This document shows positions 49,097 through 61,840 of a DNA stretch of 64,000 nucleotides, piece by piece. Positions within the stretch are counted from its first letter, which is position 1, and each line of letters opens with the position of its first letter. The notes below the pieces were generated by a model. It did no database searches. It was given only the letters and a program-made list of their open reading frames with translations, and had not been told where the DNA came from. Source of the DNA: Octopus vulgaris (lineage: Eukaryota). The DNA lies in NCBI GenBank assembly GCA_951406725.2, contig OX597834.1, positions 33,976,001-34,040,000 on the forward strand, given 5' to 3'. Made by a program: the position numbers and the translations under genes.

Positions 49097-50308
49097 GCAT
49101 GAAATTAAAAGTGTATATATATATATATACACATATGTATATATATGATGGGTTCTCCCATTGAAGATGATGTATGCATGTTCAGCATTTACAGAACGAC
49201 CTGCACCAATGCATGTGCTGCACATTAGCTCACCACTCTCTCCATCAAATCAACATTGTCTGAACAGGTGGATGGTGTGCCATGCATCAGGTGTTGAAGT
49301 GATCGCAGAACAACATGAGACAAAGAGTTTTTGCTCAAGAACACAATGTACCACCCAGTCTAGGGATTGAAACCCTGATCTTTGCAACACCTTAACCACT
49401 AGGCCATGCACCCTCACACACACATACACACACATTATACACACAAACAGACGGGAGCAAACATACACATATACACACTGTACACAGCATAAGAATGTGT
49501 ATATACACAGCCATAAGAAACTGGAAACTGAGGCAGACAAGAATAATGTCTTCGCCAGTCTTTCAAAGTGTGTGTATGTATATGTGTGAACACGTAGGTG
49601 TATGTGTGTGTGTGTTCATGCATGTGTATATGTATGCACATTTGTGTATGAATGTGTGTTTATATATATGTGTGTGTGTGCATGTATGAGCATGTCTACA
49701 TTTATTTGTGTGCGTATATAATATATACATACACACACACACAGATACACATAATTGCCAATGTGTGTGTGTGTGTGTATGCACACGCATATGTGTGTGG
49801 GTAACATCAGCCATTCTGCCACTCCTGTCAACATAATTAATAAGACAAAGATTAATATTATAGATTGTGTTCGTTAATTAAAAGGTAGAGAACACTGAAT
49901 ACACACCACCACCACCAACACCAACACTACCGCCATCACCACCACCACCAACACTACTACCACTACTATTTCTATTATTATTATTAACTCCATTGCCACT
50001 ACATCAAAAAATAGGCGAAAAGGCATTAAAATCGAACTGTTAGTTAACACCTTATAGAACACACACACACACACACATACATATATATATGCTATATATA
50101 TGTACAAACATATATAAGATACACACACATACATGTATATTAATATTCACACATGTTCACACTGCTTATATGCAGAGAAAAACTTGACATATGTACTTAT
50201 ATGTATACATACATGCATATTTACGTGTACATATATATATATATATATATACACACATACACACATATTTATGTTTATATGTAGATACACAGAAGGGTGC
50301 ATGTATGT

Positions 50309-50353
<45 letters not shown>

Positions 50354-51639
50354 CATTCATGCACACACACACAGATACATATATACTTATATATAGTGTG
50401 TGTACATCCTATGCTTATGCATACATATATAGTATATGAATATAGAATATACCATATGTATATATGTGTATATATATATATATAGTGTGTATGTGAGTGT
50501 GTGTATGAATGTGCATACATGTTATGTTTATTCATGTATGTAATAAATGAATATAGTATATATCATATATATATAAATTTTATATATATATATATATACG
50601 CACACAAAACATAAACAGAAAAACACATATATGCAGATAAACGCATATACACTCATTTAGCAATACACACACACACACACAATATTTTTTAGGAAACATC
50701 AAGAAAACACAGGAAATATTTTGGCAAAAAGTCAGATTGAAAAATGCATTAATATAATGGTAATAGACATAGGTGATGATGTTGTGGAAGTTGTTGTGGT
50801 TGGTGATGGGGGTGGGGGTATTGGTGGGGGTTTGATGGTGGTGGTGGTGGTGGTAGTGAAGATGGCGAGTAATAATGTTTAGACGTGATGACAGCAACAA
50901 GAATAAAGATATTGATAACAATGATGATAAAGATCACAAAAATGATGATGATGATGGTGATGACAGTAGTAGTAGTAGTAGGAGTAGTAGGCGGTGATGA
51001 ATAATCAGTATGGTTGTGATGATGATGATGTCAATGATGATAGAAGTGTTCTTGTAGATGATAGTGATTATGATTGTGATGCTATGGTCACGGTGATGAT
51101 GATGATGGAGATGATGGCAGTGATGATAACGATGGTGGTGGTGATGATGGTAGTGATGAAGGTAGTGATGATGATGATGGTGGTGGTGGTGGTGGTGTTG
51201 ATGGTGGTTGGTAATAAATATAATTATATTTCATGTGAGAATTGAATTTAAGAGGTTAAAAGCCTAATCCAATTTATTCTAAATAACTTAACCCCCAAGC
51301 CTCAACCCTTACCTAACTCTGTCCCCTTCAATTTGCCAACATACCCAAGCTAAGAGAACCTATCTTTACCATATCACCCCTCTTTTCACACAATTTGTCC
51401 CACTTAAATTATATCATAACAAGAGACCTTCTATATGGTTTCTAGATTTGCTAGAAATAAAAGCTAAATCTCCCCAAAATTACATTCTGTTGATTTAAAC
51501 AAAGAAGGGCAACCATTAGACAATGTTGTATTTCTCTGATATACAAAGGCTACAGGATAGCCACAGCTGGAATACTTTTGATCAGAGGTCAGGCTGGATC
51601 AGGGCTAATTTGGAACTAAACAGCAACAACCCACCCCAG

Positions 51640-52300
51640 CAACCTCCACGCCACACCCTCCTACTTTATCCACCCACCACAACTTTAACCCAACAATCCT
51701 ACGCCCTCCCCGTCCACAGGCCCAACTTCACTCCACCATTCCTATCTATCCATCCCATACCTCCATCTTGCCTCATTCACTTTCAGAATGCAACACCACA
51801 CATCTACCCTCATATCACCACTTGATTCCATCTACATGTGCCATGCCACCACCCCTTCCAATCTCACCCCATCCCACAAATCCATCCACCCTTCTCACCC
51901 CAATTCATTTAAGTGTTTCCACAACACTACAGTGCCACCCCATCACTCATCTTGTCCTACCCCCCACCCCATCTGCATACCCTACTACACCATTCCATCC
52001 CCCCATTCCACCCACCCTGTCCCACACTGCCACCACCACCACAGCCACCCTCATCTGACAGCATACCCCACCCAGTCACCCAACCTCTCCTAACCCCACC
52101 ACCCCTCCCACTCCCAACCAATCACCTGTTCCACTCTAACCCCATCTACCTAACCTGTCCTACCCCATCACCCATCCCACTTCCATGCCATCAACCATCC
52201 TACACCACACCATCCCATTCCACTCATCCCAATCCAGGTATATACCCACCACCACCATCACATGCCCCCACACACCACAGCTCCCCACCCCGCCAATCTA
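51640..52300. repeat. C/A-rich low-complexity tract
   Basis: CCCA / CCAT / CACC-rich sequence; the P/H/T-rich ORFs in all three frames are compositional. Confidence 0.8.
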
Positions 52301-52397
52301 TATGTCTTTAAACAAACAAAAATCAATGCATTCTACAATTGTGTCTAAAAACAATAAAACAGACTTCTTAATATTTCCGGCTTTGGTTGGTTTCTTT

Positions 52398-52686
52398 CTG
52401 GGTGGCTGGGTGGATGGCTGGGTGGTTGGCTGGGTAGTTAGCTAGGTGGTTGGCTGGGTGGTTGGCTGAGTGGTTGATGGGTGATGGTTGACAGGGTGGT
52501 TGGCTGGGTAGTTGGCTAGGTGGTTGACTGGGTGGTTGGTGGTTGACTGGGTGGTTGACGGGTGGTTGACGGGTGGTTGGTGGTTGGTGGTTGACTGGGT
52601 GGTTGGCTGGGTGGCTGGCTGGGTGGTTGATGGGTGGTTGGTGGTTGACTGGGTGGTTGGCTGGGTGGTTGACGGGTGGTTGGTGG
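52398..52686. repeat. (GGTT/GGCT/GGGT)n minisatellite, unit about GGGTGGTTGGCT
   Basis: Directly visible. Confidence 0.9.
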
Positions 52687-53000
52687 CACTTTATCTGTTA
52701 TAACGATGCATGTTCCAGTTGCTCCGATCAACGGGACAGCCAGTTCGTGAAACTAACATGCAAGTGGTTGAGGACTCCACAGACATGCTTACCCTTAATG
52801 TAATTCTCAAGGAGATTCAGCGTGACACAGAATGTAACAAGGCTGACCCCTTTGTAATTACAGGTACAACTCATTTTCACCAGCTGAGTGGACTGAAGCA
52901 ATGTGAAATAAAGTGTCTTGCTCAAGGAAACAAAGCGTCACCAAGAATTGAACTCAAGACCTTACAATCATGAGCCAAATGCCCTAACCACTAAGCCACA
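52685..53000 (-). mobile_element. Family C SINE
   Basis: High similarity to 29082-29392. Confidence 0.85.
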
Positions 53001-53934
53001 TCATAAATAAATATATTCTTTTATTCTTTTATTTGTTTCAGTTATTTGACTGTGGCCATGCTGGAGCACTGCCATATATACATTGAGTTAAGAACCCTCT
53101 GGATAGAAATAGTCAAAGGTCGTGCATGGATGGATACACACATATATGGATTTATGGATATAGATATAAAACATCTTAAGAAGATATGCTTAATTAGGCA
53201 TCTAAGAGAGGGAAAAATAACGAGAAGAATTGACTTACCAAATGAGTCATTTTCAGACCGGCGAGAGTTAGTGAAATCCATATTGATGTTGGATGCGAAG
53301 GGAAAGTTCCCTTCTCAACACACAAAGGCAACAATCTGGGAGATATCAAGAATGGTGGAATATCCCGAATTGGAAGTAGATATGTTTTATGTCGGACATC
53401 TATGAGTCATCCTTGTGAAAGAAGTATCAAGCATCATCTGGGATGATTTAAATCTGAGTTCAATCTTAGGAAGAAGAACTCGATTCTTATAGGTGTAAAA
53501 GTCATCAGTTTGGAGAAATATAGCCAGAGGTTCAATACCAATGAGGTGAAGTCTATAAGTATCATTGATATATAAGCTTTTATGATTTAATTAGCCTCAA
53601 AGAAGATTTCATAAATGGTAAGGGGGAAAAAGTTGAGTCCAATCAGAAAGGAATTTTTTCTACTGATGTATATACAATGAGAAAATTGATTGCAGATTTC
53701 GTGTGTGTGTGTGTGTGTGTGAATATATTATATATATATATATGTAATATATATTATGTATATATTACATTTCGTGTATATATTACATATGACAAAGCAT
53801 GTATATACACATAAAGAGATGGGTATATGTAAGTGTATATATATATACTTGTATGCATGTGTGTGTATGTGTATATATATTTAAAATATATAAAGAGATA
53901 GGCATATGTGTGCATGCATATACATATATAAGCA

Positions 53935-53935
53935 C

Positions 53936-54007
<72 letters not shown>

Positions 54008-54285
54008 GGATGGATAAACAGGGAGAGAGAGAGAGACAGCTGAAGGAAAAGTGAGATAAAGAGAGACAAAAGGAAGTCTAATACTTGGAAGTTTCAAGTA
54101 TTCAAAGTATAATGGTTTACATTCAAAGTTCCTCTACTTGAAAGAAATATCCGACATTAGATATATAAAATGTCCATAATAGATTCCGTTTCTTATTACC
54201 AGTTTTGGAGAGATGGGTAGGATGATTAATAAATAGACAGAGACAGAGAGATAGCTAGACACCTAGGCACACAGACACATGGCTG

Positions 54286-54331
<46 letters not shown>

Positions 54332-54340
54332 CAGATAGAC

Positions 54341-54379
<39 letters not shown>

Positions 54380-54447
54380 CAGACAGATAGAGAGATAGAT
54401 AGGTAGGTAGATAGATAGATAGATAGATAGACACATAAATAGACAAC

Positions 54448-54479
<32 letters not shown>

Positions 54480-54485
54480 GAGATC

Positions 54486-54554
<69 letters not shown>

Positions 54555-54567
54555 GCAGGCAGGCAGG

Positions 54568-54598
<31 letters not shown>
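53935..54598. repeat. (GATA)n/(GACA)n tetranucleotide tracts at 53935-54012 and 54285-54598
   Basis: Directly visible. Confidence 0.95.
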
Positions 54599-54599
<1 letters not shown>

Positions 54600-55046
54600 T
54601 AAATGGGATGAGTTCAAAACTTAGCTACACTTGAGTTTGGATTTTTTTGTTGTGGTTCATGAAGAGATTCTACGACAGAGAGAAGACGGAGGCTAAGTCA
54701 TTCCTTACAGCAAACAGGAACTACACAAGAATCTTTCTTTCAGTAAACTAAATTCTCATTGAAGTTCTTCCATCATCAAAAAGATGGAAAGAAACGATGA
54801 CACACGTTACCTCACACTTCTTTTCACACTTCTCTAATACACACACGAGGAGACACACACACACACACACAGATATACATATATGCACACACTTCACAAA
54901 CACATAAAAATATACACACACATGCACACATACAAAAACACACTCAAAGACATAATTATACATACACACATACACACACATGCAAACAAGCATGAACACA
55001 CATACACACCTAAAGACACACAGAAACACACACAACATACATCAAC

Positions 55047-55077
<31 letters not shown>

Positions 55078-55161
55078 TACACACAAATCCAAACACACAC
55101 ACACATAAGCAGACACAAAAATACATTCACACACCCTTAAACATGCAACCACACACACACA

Positions 55162-55219
<58 letters not shown>

Positions 55220-55789
55220 AGAAAGCATTCAAGGTTCTGATAAGAAGTTATAACGGTGTTTCCTTGATTTATACATGAAGATGGAATAATTACAAAATGG
55301 TAAAACGCCGAGAATAGAACAGGAACAACAAATTAAAACTGGTCCTGTAACTGATAGAATCACCGGAATTCATAATTAAAAGTGGTCTGATCTTCTATTT
55401 TCTGGTGTTCTAGTTTTATCACAGACACCATAGGGAGGGAGGGCATGGTTGGGGAGTGTGGCCACATCAATAAAGTACTTGGATATTTGGTTGGTGATTT
55501 ATAAGGTTGTGAGTTCAAATCTGCCCTGAGTGGTGCAGGCATGGCTGTGTGGTTATGAAGCATGCTTTGCAAGTTTGTGGTTTCGGGATCAGTCCCACAG
55601 TGCATACATGGCATCTTGGGCAAATGTTTTCTACAATAGCACCCCCCCCCCTACGAAGTCAGCCAATGTTTTTTCAGCAAATTTGGTAGATGGAAATTGT
55701 GCAGAAGCTTATCATCTCTGCGTGTGTATATATATATATATATATATATATTGATACATATATATATAGATAGATATAATATATATATT

Positions 55790-56205
55790 TATGCATAACT
55801 TATAAACAAGGGCGAAAGAAAAAATTCTAATGCCAAATGTGCCGAAAATAGACTTAAATCATCAATAACCATATAATTTATCACTATAAACATGTGTCTC
55901 GAAGTAAGCCGACAGAAATCTCTGATAACTTCCGTTATTATCGTATCGGCCCCGATTTCAGAGTTAATTCATTAGAATTTTCTCCTCGTCAGCGATAAAT
56001 ACGGTAAGAAATAAATGAAATACTTACTTATACCAATGGTATAAGTGATCTAGCTTTGTGTATGGGGTGGTTATCTCCTTTCTTGCAGCTCTAAGGATTT
56101 TTAACTCTTATTTCTAGTAATATAGGTGCTACCCAGCACTTCTCAGTCACAATTAGTGCCAAGTGAATTTTTTTTATATTGTGTATAGCTGCCTTTATTA
56201 TTTTA

Positions 56206-56208
<3 letters not shown>
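55790..56208 (-). mobile_element. ~420-bp (TA)n-embedded module carrying a hammerhead (solo Penelope pLTR-like or retrozyme-like)
   Basis: Unique CpG-retaining sequence bounded by (TA)n on both sides, with an intact hammerhead fold and no convincing ORF. Confidence 0.55.
55932..56004 (-). ncRNA. Type I hammerhead ribozyme
   Basis: Minus strand: ccgtat-TTATCG CTGACGA GGAG-aa-AATTC-taat-GAATT-aa-CTCT GAAA TCG-gggc-CGA TA CGATAA-taacgg. All core nucleotides and three helices are present; AUA triplet; predicted cut between 55944 and 55943. Confidence 0.85.
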
Positions 56209-56257
<49 letters not shown>

Positions 56258-56399
56258 ATGTATACATATACACAAGACAAGACATAAATAATGGCCACTA
56301 CATATTTTTTAATGTGTGTGTGTATATATATATATATATATACAAACACACAACTACTCTCTGATGTGATGTGTTTGAATTCACATCTTTACAATATGA

Positions 56400-57090
56400 T
56401 ACAAAAAGCAAATGAAATGAGGAGGCTGTCAAGCATTGTTGAATTCCATAAGGCTTTCAATAGAATATCTCAACAAGCATTGCCACAGATAATGAGAAGA
56501 CATGATACACTTCAAAAATATACAGACAAAATTTCCATGTTTATGAATGAACCCAGTGTCAATCACCTGCTCAGTGAGACCTTTTGGGGTCAAGTCTGGT
56601 GCAATTCAGGGAGGTATAGTGTCTGTCTTGTATTTGTGCTTGTGACTCATTATGTGATAGAGAAGATTTTGAAGGGAAGGGTTTGCAGAATACAGAAGAT
56701 GGACAATAAGATGCTTACTGGCTGATGTAGATTGAGCTGACAATTTGGAACATCAGAAGAGATGCAACTCATATTGGATAGTTTATTAAAAGAGGGGAAA
56801 CACGGCTGGTCTGGTTATTAAATGTTCAAAGACAGAAATGATAAATATAAGTTATGCGAATCCATCCAATTGCAATATGGAAAGAAGTACGATATATATA
56901 CCACTGGTCATTCAAATAGTTGGGGATTGTATTTGCAAATCATAGCTCACTTGCTTTAAGAGTTTAGGGGAAGAAATGAAATACAGAACAAGCGGTGGTC
57001 ACATTAAAATTTATATGGAAGTCTGTCTCTCAACACATGTGAAGGGGAAAATTTATACATCCTTGTTCAGGCCAATATTACTTTACGGGC
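56400..57090 (+). pseudogene. Decayed LINE reverse transcriptase fragment (RTE-like)
   Basis: IVEFHKAFNRISQQAL (DF.KAFD motif), then SETF..VKSG.IQG-like and KGKIYTSLFRPILLYG motifs, with frameshifts and stops. Confidence 0.75.
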
Positions 57091-57598
57091 CCCTAGTTTT
57101 GGTTCACTGCATCTGATGCTAAATTCTTAACTGTCAACACACACACAAAGATTAAAATTTATATATCTTTGTTAAGACAGGCTTTATATAAAAGACTTCA
57201 ATCTTCATTCACTATATTTGATGCTAAATTCTTGAATATCGAGGCAAGAATTTATGCATCTTTGTTAAGATTAATGTTACTTTATGTCACACAGTTTTGG
57301 CTGATTACACCTAAAGCTAAATTCTGAACTGTCTCTCAACACATGCAAAGGTTAAAAATTTATACAGTTTTGTTAAGATCAATTTTAAAGGCACCACCAC
57401 TACATCTGACGTTGTTAAACTCGTAGTTTTTGAAAACAAACCCTTGCATAGAATATAAGGAACCAGGTAGAAAGATCATGTGACCAACAATAGTGAGAAA
57501 CATTGTTGATATTATATAACACCTAGTTATATTATAGTAACCCAAAATCATGTGGCTGCAATGCAAGCTTCTCAACCACACAGCCATGGCTGCACCTA

Positions 57599-57782
<184 letters not shown>

Positions 57783-57964
57783 CACAGGACATTTATAAGA
57801 GTTATAAGGCTGAATTCATTAACTGCCAAAGAGCTTTGCTTGCCACACTTTTTCCCCTTTGCTGGTGGAGCCAGCTCAAAGCAAACAGCTCCACCTGATC
57901 CACAAAGCTTGCAAACACTAAAATATTGTCATTCATACCACTTATACTGGGTATATTTTACCAT

Positions 57965-58493
57965 CCGTGCTAGCGGGGTGCAAAGAGCACCATACAAGTG
58001 TGATCGTTGATAGAGCGGCTAACCGGCTTCCTTGCCAGTGGCACATAAAAGGCACCATTCGAGTGTGATCATTACCAGCGTCACCTTACTGGCACTTCTG
58101 CCTTGTGCTAGTAGGGTGCTAAGAGCACCATCCGAGCGTGATTGTTGCCAGAGCGGCTAACTGGCTTCCATGCAGGTGGCATGTAAAAGGCACCATTCGA
58201 GCGTGATCATTATCAGCGTCGCCTTACTGGCACCTGTACTGGTGGCATGTGTAAAAACATTCGAGCGAGGTCGTTGCCAGTACCGTCTGACTGGCCCCTG
58301 TGCTGGGGGCACGTAAAAGCACCCACTACACTCTCGGAGTGGTTGACATTAGGAAGGGCATCCAGCTGTAGAAACTCTGCCAGATCAAGATTGGAGCCTG
58401 GTGCAGCCATCTGGTTTGCCAGCCCTCAGTCAAATCGTCCAACCCATGCTAGCATGGAAAGCAGACATTAAATGATGATGATGATGACGATGA
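57965..58493 (+). mobile_element. Family D SINE-like element with five 5' monomers
   Basis: Five ~60-75 bp monomers, then the conserved body and (GAT)n tail. Confidence 0.9.
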
Positions 58494-58535
58494 AGTGAAT
58501 ATATTTAACACAATGTCTTTTTCCAGTGTGTGTGA

Positions 58536-58579
<44 letters not shown>

Positions 58580-59225
58580 CATTAAGCAACTACAAATGAT
58601 TGTTCTTGAAGCTCTATGTGTTTGTTCAATTTTTGCATTATCTGTTCTCTGGGTTTTTGTTTTCTCTCTCCCTCCAACGTCCTTTTTCAAAACGTTTTAT
58701 GTTTGCAAATAATTTGAGGAAAGGACATGTTTGTTTATGTTACGGAGGCTACTGCAGCACCACCATTATGAAAGCACCTCTTCCCGTCACTCGTGAAGCA
58801 GCCATCTTGTAATGCAAGCAAACACTGCAAATGGCATCGTAGGCAGTCAAATAATAGGATATCAAGTCAAACGTATATTTTTTCACCCCAGGGAAATGGG
58901 ATGAAATTTTAATTCAAATGCTTTTGTTAATATTCTGAAACTGGAAATAGTGGGGGAGGATTCTTTTCTTTTTCATTCCCCATAAACAATCATGGTATAA
59001 TCCATTTTGTGGGGGGCGAAATGGGGGAAGTTCTGAGAAGTATAATATAGCAAACATAATAATAATAATAATCCTTTTGTTATTGGGCACAAGGGCTCAT
59101 ATATACAATATGAAATATGTTATACATAAACAGCAACAAAATATGATGTGGTGAGGGAGGAAGGAATAGATTGATAGAGATATATTGACTTGAAACAAAC
59201 AGACAGATAGATAGATAGATAGATC

Positions 59226-59257
<32 letters not shown>

Positions 59258-60019
59258 AGCACAGATATGACTGGGTGTTTGAGAAATTCACTTCCCAACC
59301 ATACGATTTTAACTTTAGTCACATTGAATGACACAAAAACATAAAAACATAATTCAATATGTTATATAACTGGTTAAAAATTCAATACACCAAACAAATA
59401 AAGGCAACCCACCCATACAGCAGAGTGAAACCATCACTGAAGTATGATCAAAGCATTATTGTGACTCTATAGTACTTCTTTCAGACTTACAGAAAGGAAG
59501 GAAAAAACTGCACTTAATTATCCAACTACACTTAAAATATGGAAAAATGTGTAACTAATTTCACTATTTAGTGGAAAATCCTCAAAGACTATATAGAAAT
59601 GTGCATAAAGATGTAAGTTATGTATAGCTGAGAAAAGTCTCAAATTCAGAAACCTAAATAACTCTGTAAATTTTATGAATGCAAGATCAGAAATCTTTGA
59701 TGAATGTTGCCACTTTGACAAGTATCTTCTAAAAACTAGAATATCAAACCAGCAACTGATTAAAGATTGCACACTCTTTTTATTTTATAACTGTACACAT
59801 TCTCTTACATTTCTATGTATCTGTATAAATCAATACTAATACCCCTCTTTCTAGTTTTCCCCTTCAGATGAAATGCATTAAGCAAAGTGTGTGTGTGTGT
59901 GTGTATGTATATATACATGTTCACTTGTGTGTGTGCATTTCAAAGTATGAACTTTACAATATATATATATTGAGTACTTTTTCACATTTGTAAATACAAA
60001 AGCATCTATCTATCTATCC

Positions 60020-60055
<36 letters not shown>

Positions 60056-60654
60056 TTATATTATACACAGACATACACACACACAGACCTAAATCTGAGT
60101 ACATACTCTCAGTCATCTACACATAGACACACACGCACACACACACAGCTATACAAGTGATTTACTTAACCAGTGTCACCTTACCAATTTCTGTGAAGGT
60201 GCAATGGTAGAACTGCTGTAACAGCAATACATTCTTGGACACTAACTACTGACTTTTACAAAAATGAAACCAAATACTTTAAGTGCAATTCCTCACATAG
60301 AGAAATATGGCAATACACTATATTCCAATAGAAAAAGAAGGAAAATAGCAAAAAATATAAAAAATCTTCAAAATTTTTTTGACAAAAAAACCCCCTAGAA
60401 ATATAAAAAAGAAAACTGTTTTTCTTCCTATAAAATCTATACAACTAAAGAACATCAGTAAAGATGTTGTTTTAAAAATCAGTAATTTCACTGTTAGAGT
60501 TAAAGTTAGCAAAAATAATAGGTTAACAGACTATTCATGAAGACAGTGTACATATACACCTGAGCACTTAGATGCTGTTGCTGTTGTTGTTGCTGTCATT
60601 CAGGCTCAGATTCTATGGAATCTATACATGTATCAACTCTGCTGACACTAACTC

Positions 60655-60850
60655 TCTCTCTTTCTCTCTTTCTTTTTTCTTCTTTTTTTTTTTGTTTTTT
60701 TCATTTCCTCTTCTTCTTTCTTTGTTTCTTCTCCTTCTTTTTTCTTTGTTTCTTCTTCTTCTTTTTTCTTTGTTTCTTCTTTTTTTTCTTTGTTTCTTCT
60801 TTTTCTTCTTTGTTTCTTCTTCTTCTTCTTCTTCTTCTTCTTCTTCATCA
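60655..60850. repeat. Polypyrimidine (CTT/TTTC)n tract
   Basis: Directly visible. Confidence 0.9.
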
Positions 60851-61269
60851 TCCCTCTCCTTTTCCCTCATCCTTTTTCCCCCATTAATGTTGTTGTTGTT
60901 GCCAATACTTGAAACAGGTGTTTGCTTAAAAAAAGAAAAAGATCTGGTGTAGAGGAGATTGCCCCAATATACAAATGTCAATAATACCTGTAAGTGCTTT
61001 TTCCATTCAATTTTGTGAATGGAGCCTTGGCCAGGAAGAACTGAGGTCATCAAATGGTAGGCAACGTTCATCAGGTGTTTCGATCCTGAACCATAACATC
61101 CTCCTGTAGGTGATTCAGCAGAGATGGCCTAATCACTGCCACCTTTGCCAACCCACCTCACAAGGCTTTTGTCAACCCAGGATTTTGATGACACTTACCC
61201 AATGTGCCACACAGAACCATGTGGTTGGGAAGCAAACTTCTTAGACATATCCCTCCACAGAGCACATGC

Positions 61270-61750
61270 AACCATACGTCACAACTCTGAGCCCTGACTC
61301 CAGTTGGTTTATTCATAACTGCACTGCAACAGTTCAAGCAAAAAATATGGTCTATAATCTTTGGAGAAAACTGCCCACACCTACAGACTGGGTTGGCTCT
61401 TTGTCCAGCACTGCAACTCCTGCAAAATCCTCATCAAAGCCACAAAAGAGGTCTCCAAACATCATGCAGTCCTAAGTTTATCCATCTCCTAAACTGCAGC
61501 TGATTTTTTTGGTCATTTGTGGACAAGATCTCTACCAAGTTGGCTGAAAGGAAACTGGAAATCTGTCTTGTGTGTGTGTGTGTGCACATGTGCATGCGCA
61601 TACACTCTCGTGAACTTATCTACCCACTCACCCTGTCCAATCCTCTGTACCATTTCACTGATATTCCTCTCCCAGTAACTTGGAGGTACACATTGATAAA
61701 TCTTTACCATTGTCTTCTCTCCTCTCTCTTTCCCAACTGGGACAGCCTCT
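61270..61750 (+). pseudogene. Highly decayed CR1/L2-like LINE fragments
   Basis: SWFIHNCTATVQAKNMVYNLWRKLPT resembles the PWF...K...Y..W linker between endonuclease and RT; a C-terminal-like remnant lies at 61620-61750. Confidence 0.45.
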
Positions 61751-61753
61751 ACA

Positions 61754-61840
61754 GCAGTGGTTCTTGACCATTTTTGACCCATGGACCCCTTTGATTCTTA
61801 TTTTATTCTGGTGAACCCTCACAGCCATTCAATGTTTAAC
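61754..61840 (+). mobile_element. hAT (Charlie-like) left end
   Basis: Begins CAGTGGTTCTTGACC..GGACCCC; a similar end CAATGCTTCTCAAACT lies at about 44706. Confidence 0.45.

Noticed and set aside
53046-53405. 119-aa non-microsatellite ORF
   Set aside because: Starts inside a SINE tail and has no recognisable motif; 53085-53700 is more likely an unclassified decayed transposon. A BLASTX search would settle it.
60622-61071. K/E/R-rich 149-aa ORF
   Set aside because: Mostly the complement of a (CTT)n polypyrimidine tract; the N-terminal part looks at best like a decayed LINE RT fragment (I.I....LQV..F.Y.G).
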